A stretch of DNA of 64,000 nt, from NCBI RefSeq assembly GCF_044647545.1, contig NZ_CP172818.1; one strand, given 5' to 3'. The notes under the pieces are model-generated. The model made no database searches. It saw only the letters and a program-made list of their open reading frames with translations, and was not told where the DNA came from. Source of the DNA: Escherichia coli. GTDB lineage: Bacteria; Pseudomonadota; Gammaproteobacteria; Enterobacterales; Enterobacteriaceae. Both the position numbers and the translations under genes were made by a program. This document shows, piece after piece, positions 57,737-64,000 of the stretch (positions are counted from its first letter, which is position 1; every line of letters starts with the position of its first letter).

Positions 57737-58474
57737 AAGGATAAATGGCGTTCTCTGTATTTATTCGCAATTATCTGTAGGACAAATATGGAGAGCTTGA
57801 TGAGTCAGAGCTAAAACAGCAATTGATTAATAAACATGTTGATTTATTCAAGAAAATGGATGTATTTTAAATATTGATTCTTAATATAACCTAATCAATA
57901 GATTATCACGTGAGAGCTGCACATTATTGGAGGGGCAGGGGAAAACACCATTTTGGGAACAATGCATCAGGTACTCTTACCACTGAAGCAAGATCATCCG
58001 GGCACCAGGTGGTGGTGCAGTGCTTTGGAAATGGTCCCCTCGGGGGAGTTGTCATTATTTTCTATGCTATTTGCTTATTATATTCATCAGGTGAATTTAA
58101 TAAATTCCTAATTTGAAATATCCACTATTAAGCCAGTGTTTAACGACGTTAAGATGGCAATGTGCAGATCATGTTATCAGGGTGGGGCGGTAGCGTATAT
58201 TCCTTATACAAACCATCATTCATTTCAATGATTGTTATTGAATTATTTATTGTTGTGAATAAAAAGACATTATGAATATTGGTTTGACTTTGCATATCAG
58301 GTTTTTTATTACTCGCTGTAATGTACGAGCCTGTCGTGAATAACGTCGAGAACCCATCCGTTGCGTTTGTGATTATTTTGTTGACTAAACAGACACCCGT
58401 TTCTCTGAAGTAAAATCCCAGACTAAATCATCACATAACCATGACATTTTTCTGATATTCCCCGGTAACGCCAG

Positions 58475-60109
58475 ATGTCGACTCGCTTATCCACCCTCAG
58501 CCATACCAGTGAAGGCCACCGCGTGTCGGTCCACTACGGCTATGACGATAAAGGCCGCCTGACCGGCGAACGCCAGACGGTGGAGAACCCGGAGACGGGG
58601 GAACTGCTGTGGCACCATGAGACCGGACATGCGTACAACGAACAGGGGCTGGCAAACCGCGTCACGCCGGACAGTCTGCCGCCGGTGGAGTGGCTGACCT
58701 ACGGCAGCGGCTATCTTGCGGGCATGAAGCTGGGCGGGACGCCGCTGCTGGAGTTCACGCGCGACCGCCTGCACCGTGAGACGGTGCGCAGCTTCGGCAG
58801 CATGGCAGGCAGTAATGCCGCATATAAACTGACCAGCACATACACCCCCGCAGGCCAGTTACAGAGCCAGCACCTGAACAGCCTGGTGTATGACCGTGAC
58901 TACGGGTGGAATGACAACGGCGACCTGGTGCGCATCAGCGGCCCGCGACAGACGCGGGAATACGGCTACAGCGCCACGGGCAGGCTGGAGAGTGTGCGCA
59001 CCCTCGCACCAGACCTGGACATCCGCATCCCGTATGCCACGGACCCGGCGGGCAACCGGCTGCCGGACCCGGAGCTGCACCCGGACAGTACACTCACAGT
59101 GTGGCCGGATAACCGCATCGCGGAGGATGCGCACTATGTCTACCGCCACGATGAATACGGCAGGCTGACGGAGAAGACGGACCGCATCCCGGCGGGTGTG
59201 ATACGGACGGACGACGAGCGGACCCACCACTACCACTACGACAGCCAGCACCGCCTGGTGTTCTACACGCGGATACAGCATGGCGAGCCACTGGTCGAGA
59301 GCCGCTACCTCTACGACCCGCTGGGACGGCGAATGGCAAAACGGGTCTGGCGGCGGGAGCGTGACCTGACGGGGTGGATGTCGCTGTCGCGTAAACCGGA
59401 GGTGACGTGGTATGGCTGGGACGGAGACAGGCTGACGACGGTGCAGACTGACACCACACGTATCCAGACGGTATACGAGCCGGGAAGCTTCACGCCGCTC
59501 ATCCGGGTCGAGACAGAGAACGGCGAGCGGGAAAAAGCGCAGCGGCGCAGCCTGGCAGAGACGCTCCAGCAGGAAGGGAGTGAGAACGGCCACGGCGTGG
59601 TGTTCCCGGCTGAACTGGTGCGGCTGCTGGACAGGCTGGAGGAAGAAATCCGGGCAGACCGCGTGAGCAGTGAAAGCCGGGCGTGGCTTGCGCAGTGCGG
59701 GCTGACGGTGGAGCAACTGGCCAGACAGGTGGAGCCGGAATACACACCGGCGCGAAAAGTTCATTTTTACCACTGCGACCACCGGGGCCTGCCGCTGGCG
59801 CTCATCAGCGAAGACGGCAATACGGCGTGGCGCGGGGAGTATGATGAATGGGGCAACCAGCTTAATGAGGAGAACCCGCATCACCTGCACCAGCCGTACC
59901 GTCTGCCAGGGCAGCAGTATGATAAGGGAGTCGGGCTGGTACTTATAACCGTCACCGGTACTACGATCCGTTGCAGGGGCGGTATATCACCCGGGACCCG
60001 ATTGGGTTGAGAGGTGGATATGGATATGTATCAGTATCCGTTGAATCCCATACAAGTGATAGACCCAATGGGGTTAGATGCGATTGAGAATATCATAATA
60101 TCAGGCTAA
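58475..60109 (+). pseudogene. rhsE: rhsE remnant: C-terminal part of an Rhs core with a frameshifted tail
   Basis: GC-rich ORF 58475..60010 with YD-repeat content (…[12 protein letters not shown]…[12 protein letters not shown]…); the conserved end (…[17 protein letters not shown]… and DPMGL) continues in the two other frames; no N-terminal half upstream. Confidence 0.8.
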
Positions 60110-61204
60110 TTAATTTATGCCGTATCTGGTGTACCTGGATTGATTGCTGCAAACAGCATTACTAACAGTGCTTACCAGTTCGGTTATGATATGGATGCTA
60201 TTGTTGGCGGAAGCTCATAATGGGGCCGCCGATGCAATGAGACATATCGTCACTTGATGTGTCGAATGACTAAGACATTTGGATCAAACAATAGCTGACG
60301 TGATAGGAAAAATCATGAGGCGGCAGGGATAACAAGGTCAGCCAGCTAAAGAAAAGTAATCATGGATCTAAAAAATAACACTGTCGGTATTGCTTGTGGC
60401 GATTTTTGGCCAAATGTAGCGATGATGTATTGTAAAATATAACACTGGGAAAACTCTTCGGGTTAGATGGTATAAAAGCAGATAACTCCAATAAAAACAA
60501 AGCAAGGGAGTTTCAGACGCTTCAAATTATTAGAGGCAAACTTGTCATTTTTTTTAATTACCCTTTGTTTATTTGTTGTTTACAATCTTCTGGGTTTGAT
60601 AACAATTCAAATTCTTGATATTGTCATTTTATGGACATAAATACCTAAAGAGCGTTGAGATATCTTTCTGAAAAAAATATTATTTATAAAATAATTAATG
60701 ACCAAAAAATTAGTAGAGGGAATGGTCATTTTATAAGTATAATGGTTAATAATTACAGGACGCACTGTGGAGTGGTTGATAAACTTAATTTTTTCAATGA
60801 TATTCTTTATAGCGTGCGATTAAAAAACATTAAAGCAAACTTGCAGAATATGGAGTTCTGCGCTAAAAAATAATGCGTATTTTAGTGATAAAAACAAGAA
60901 GGCTAGTTATAAAATAATTAATTATGGAGAACTATCACGATGTTGATTATTATGATAACAATTTGAAAAATGAAGCTTTTTGACTGGATTGGTAAATGGT
61001 CATAATGAACAACACCAGAAAGTAGAAAAATATAAAATACATACAGAAGATACTAGAAGCAAGGGACGGGCAGGGCAATATTATGAAAATTGTGATGTAA
61101 AATCACGATTTTCATCTTGGCTTGAACGCTAGCAGGCTATTAAAATTTAACCTTTGGATAAATGGAAAAAGATAAAAAAGGACCAAGTGATATTTTAAGT
61201 TTGC

Positions 61205-62290
61205 TTGATTATATTTAGCTATCTCTATATACGACAACAAGGAAGCTTAAACATAAATCTATCCGCTATTTTGTTTCTCACCGTATGTGAGAATTGCGAG
61301 GCCCATGAGTGGCAGGAAATTGAAGATTTTGGACATGAAAGACTTGAATGGCTAAAGAAATATGGTGATTTTGATAATGGGATTGCGGTCGATGACACCA
61401 TTGCACGCGTTGTGAGTAACATTGACAGTTTGGCCTTTGGAAGATGTTTATTGAATGGATGCAGGAGTGCCATGAAATCACTGATGGTGAAATTATAGCA
61501 ATAGATGGAAAGACCATAAGAGGCTCCTTTGATAAGGAAAGAAAAGGAGCAATCCATATGGTGAGTGCATTCTCAACCAAATGGTGTTGTACTCCGGCAG
61601 GCGAAACGGAAGCCAAAAGTAATGAGATTACAGCCATTCCACAGTTGCTTAACCTACTGTATTTAAAGAAAATTTTGATAACCATCGACGCTATGGGCTG
61701 TCAGAAAGATATCGCTTCGAAGATTAAAAGATAAAAAAGCAGATTATCTTCTGGCAGAAAAGGCAATCAGGGGAAATTACATCATGCATTCGAGGAAAAA
61801 TTTCCTGTAAATGTGTTTTCTAATTATAGGCGATTCGTTTAGTACGCAGGAGATAGTCATGGAAGAAAAGAAACACGTTTTCATATTGTAGTAACGTAAC
61901 GCCTGAACTTTTGTGATTTTGAATTCAATGGAAGGGATTAAAAAAGCTTTGTGTAGCATTGTCATTCAGGCAGAAGAAAGAAGATAAATCAGCAGAAGGT
62001 GTAAGCATCCGATACTATATTTCATCAAAGGATATGGATGCTAAAGAATTTGCACATGCTATCAGAGCGCACTGGCTGATCGAGCACAGTCTTCATTGGG
62101 TGTTAGATGTAAAAATGAATGAAGATGCCGCCGGATAAGAAGAGGAAACGCAGCCTAAATAATATCTGGAATAAAGAAGATGGCACTGAATTTATTAAGA
62201 GATTGCAAAGACATTAAGGGTGAAGAGGAAAAGAAAGAAGGCTGCGTTAAACACAGGGAAAGATCATCAGAAGTTCACTTTTTGTACTAA
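61205..62290 (+). pseudogene. yncI: Degenerate H-repeat (ISAs1-family) transposase copy
   Basis: ORFs 61205..61498 and 61444..61734 plus downstream fragments align piecewise to the ydcC protein (…WQEIEDFGHERLEWLKKYGDFDNGI…, …IAIDGKTIRGSFDK…AIHMVSAFS…) with several frameshifts and stops. Confidence 0.65.
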
Positions 62291-62397
62291 ATAATTCGCA
62301 TTTTATGTTTAAAAATTGAGATATTCCTCATTACCTGAAGCTGTTTTTTATTGCTTATACATGATCAAATACTCCTTACATAATTAAGGAGAACAAA

Positions 62398-63533
62398 ATG
62401 GAACTTAAAAAATTGATGGAACATATTTCTATTATCCCCGATTACAGACAAGCCTGGAAAGTGGAGCATAAATTATCGGACATTCTACTGTTGACTATTT
62501 GTGCCGTTATTTCTGGTGCAGAAGGCTGGGAAGATATAGAGGATTTTGGGGAAACACATCTCGATTTTTTGAAGCAATATGGTGATTTTGAAAATGGTAT
62601 TCCTGTTCACGATACCATTGCCAGAGTTGTATCCTGTATCAGTCCTGCAAAATTTCACGAGTGCTTTATTAACTGGATGCGTGACTGCCATTCTTCAGAT
62701 GATAAAGACGTTATTGCAATTGATGGAAAAACGCTCCGGCACTCTTATGACAAGAGTCGCCGCAGGGGAGCGATTCATGTCATTAGTGCGTTCTCAACAA
62801 TGCACAGTCTGGTCATCGGACAGATCAGGACGGATGAGAAATCTAATGAGATTACAGCTATCCCTGAACTTCTTTACATGTTGGACATTAAAGGAAAAAT
62901 CATCACAACTGATGCGATGGGTTGCCAGAAAGATATTGCAGAGAAGATACAAAAACAGGGAGGTGATTATTTATTCGCTGAAAATGAAACCAGGGGCGGC
63001 TAAATAAAGCCTTCGAGGAAAAATTTCCGCTGAAAGAATTAAATAATCCAGAGCATGACAGTTACGCAATGAGTGAAAAGAGTCACGGCAGAGAAGAAAT
63101 CCGTCTTCACATTGTTTGCGATGTCCCTGATGAACTTATTGATTTCACGTTTGAATGGAAAGGTCTGAAGAAATTATGCGTGGCAGTCTCCTTTCGGTCA
63201 ATAATAGCAGAACAAAAGAAAGAGCCAGAAATGACGGTCAGATATTATATCAGTTCTGCTGATTTAACCGCAGAGAAGTTCGCCACAGCAATCCGAAACC
63301 ACTGGCACGTGGAGAATAAGCTGCACTGGCGTCTGGACGTGGTAATGAATGAAGACGACTGCAAAATAAGAAGAGGAAATGCAGCAGAATTATTTTCAGG
63401 GATACGGCACATCGCTATTGATATTTTGACGAATGATAAGGTATTCAAGGCAGGGTTAAGACGTAAGATGCGAAAAGCAGTCATGGACAGAAACTATCTG
63501 GCGTCAGTCCTTGCGGGGAGCGGGCTTTCGTAA
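62398..63533 (+). pseudogene. ydcC: H-repeat-associated (ISAs1-family) transposase, split into two frames in this sequence
   Basis: ORF 62398..63003 ([18 protein letters not shown]…) and ORF 63069..63533 are contiguous parts of one protein; the span is 1136 bp (not a multiple of 3), with the frame change near 62985..63003. Confidence 0.65.
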
Positions 63534-63912
63534 TCTTTCCCTGGAGTGGCAAAGAACTGGTGGTGAATAATCCCGTTATTAGCAGACTTTTAACAATATG
63601 ATTAAGCTGCATCTTAAGCGTCTCCAGAATGGACTTTTATTGGGGGTATTTACGGATAAAAATTTTTGTGAGGGGAAAAATAAATATAATGGGCGTTAAT
63701 AAATTGGCAAGCCGGGAATTTTTTTTTTTTTAATGGCATGTTGGCAAAAAATATATTCTGCAAGTTTTTTTTTTTGGCTTTTTTTTTAAAAGGGTGTAAA
63801 ACAAACCTGTACAAATTCAAGTAGGCATTATTGCCGTAAAAAAGCATCACCGGACACATAACATTCACAACGTGTGTTAATTTTACTGACATCTTTCAAA
63901 AGGAGCACAATC

Positions 63913-64000
63913 ATGCCGCACATAGACATTAAATGTTTTCCACGTGAACTGGACGAACAACAAAAAGCAGCACTTGCTGCAGATATTACCGACGTTATTA
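63913..64000 (+). CDS. pptA: Tautomerase PptA (4-oxalocrotonate tautomerase family), N-terminal part; continues past window end
   Basis: ATG at 63913 behind AAAGGAGC; reads [29 protein letters not shown], starting with the catalytic Pro typical of the family. Confidence 0.8.

Noticed and set aside
58859-59890. 343-aa minus-strand ORF (and other Arg/Pro-rich frames) inside the Rhs core
   Set aside because: High-GC Rhs core DNA yields long spurious open frames on the opposite strand; the + strand frame carries the YD-repeat content.
60655-60873. 72-aa TTG-start ORF downstream of the Rhs tail as a real immunity gene
   Set aside because: Non-ATG start, AT-rich low-complexity sequence and flanking frame-interrupted fragments make a pseudogene relic more likely; kept only as a candidate inside the Rhs finding.

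Overview
This window reads as a contiguous Escherichia coli K-12-type chromosomal segment running from the IS-disrupted autotransporter pseudogene ydbA to the start of pptA, identified from my recognition of the translated ORFs and element ends (no database search was possible). It is mostly conserved housekeeping and y-gene content, interrupted by accessory islands: IS2 and IS30 inside ydbA, a frameshifted gapC, the hokB/mokB/sokB type I toxin-antitoxin locus beside the sRNA rydC, a decayed IS200/IS605-family tnpB remnant, the hicAB type II toxin-antitoxin pair, the small-protein pair yncL/ortT, and an AT-rich rhsE remnant followed by two H-repeat transposase copies. No tRNA, rRNA or CRISPR array was seen. 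I did not find a clearly novel system; the best candidates for under-described biology are the ynbABCD operon (a cryptic lipid-type pathway), the orphan Rhs tail region, and the yncD/yncE iron-regulated pair. Coordinates of short or non-ATG-start genes and of RNA features are hand-derived and approximate.
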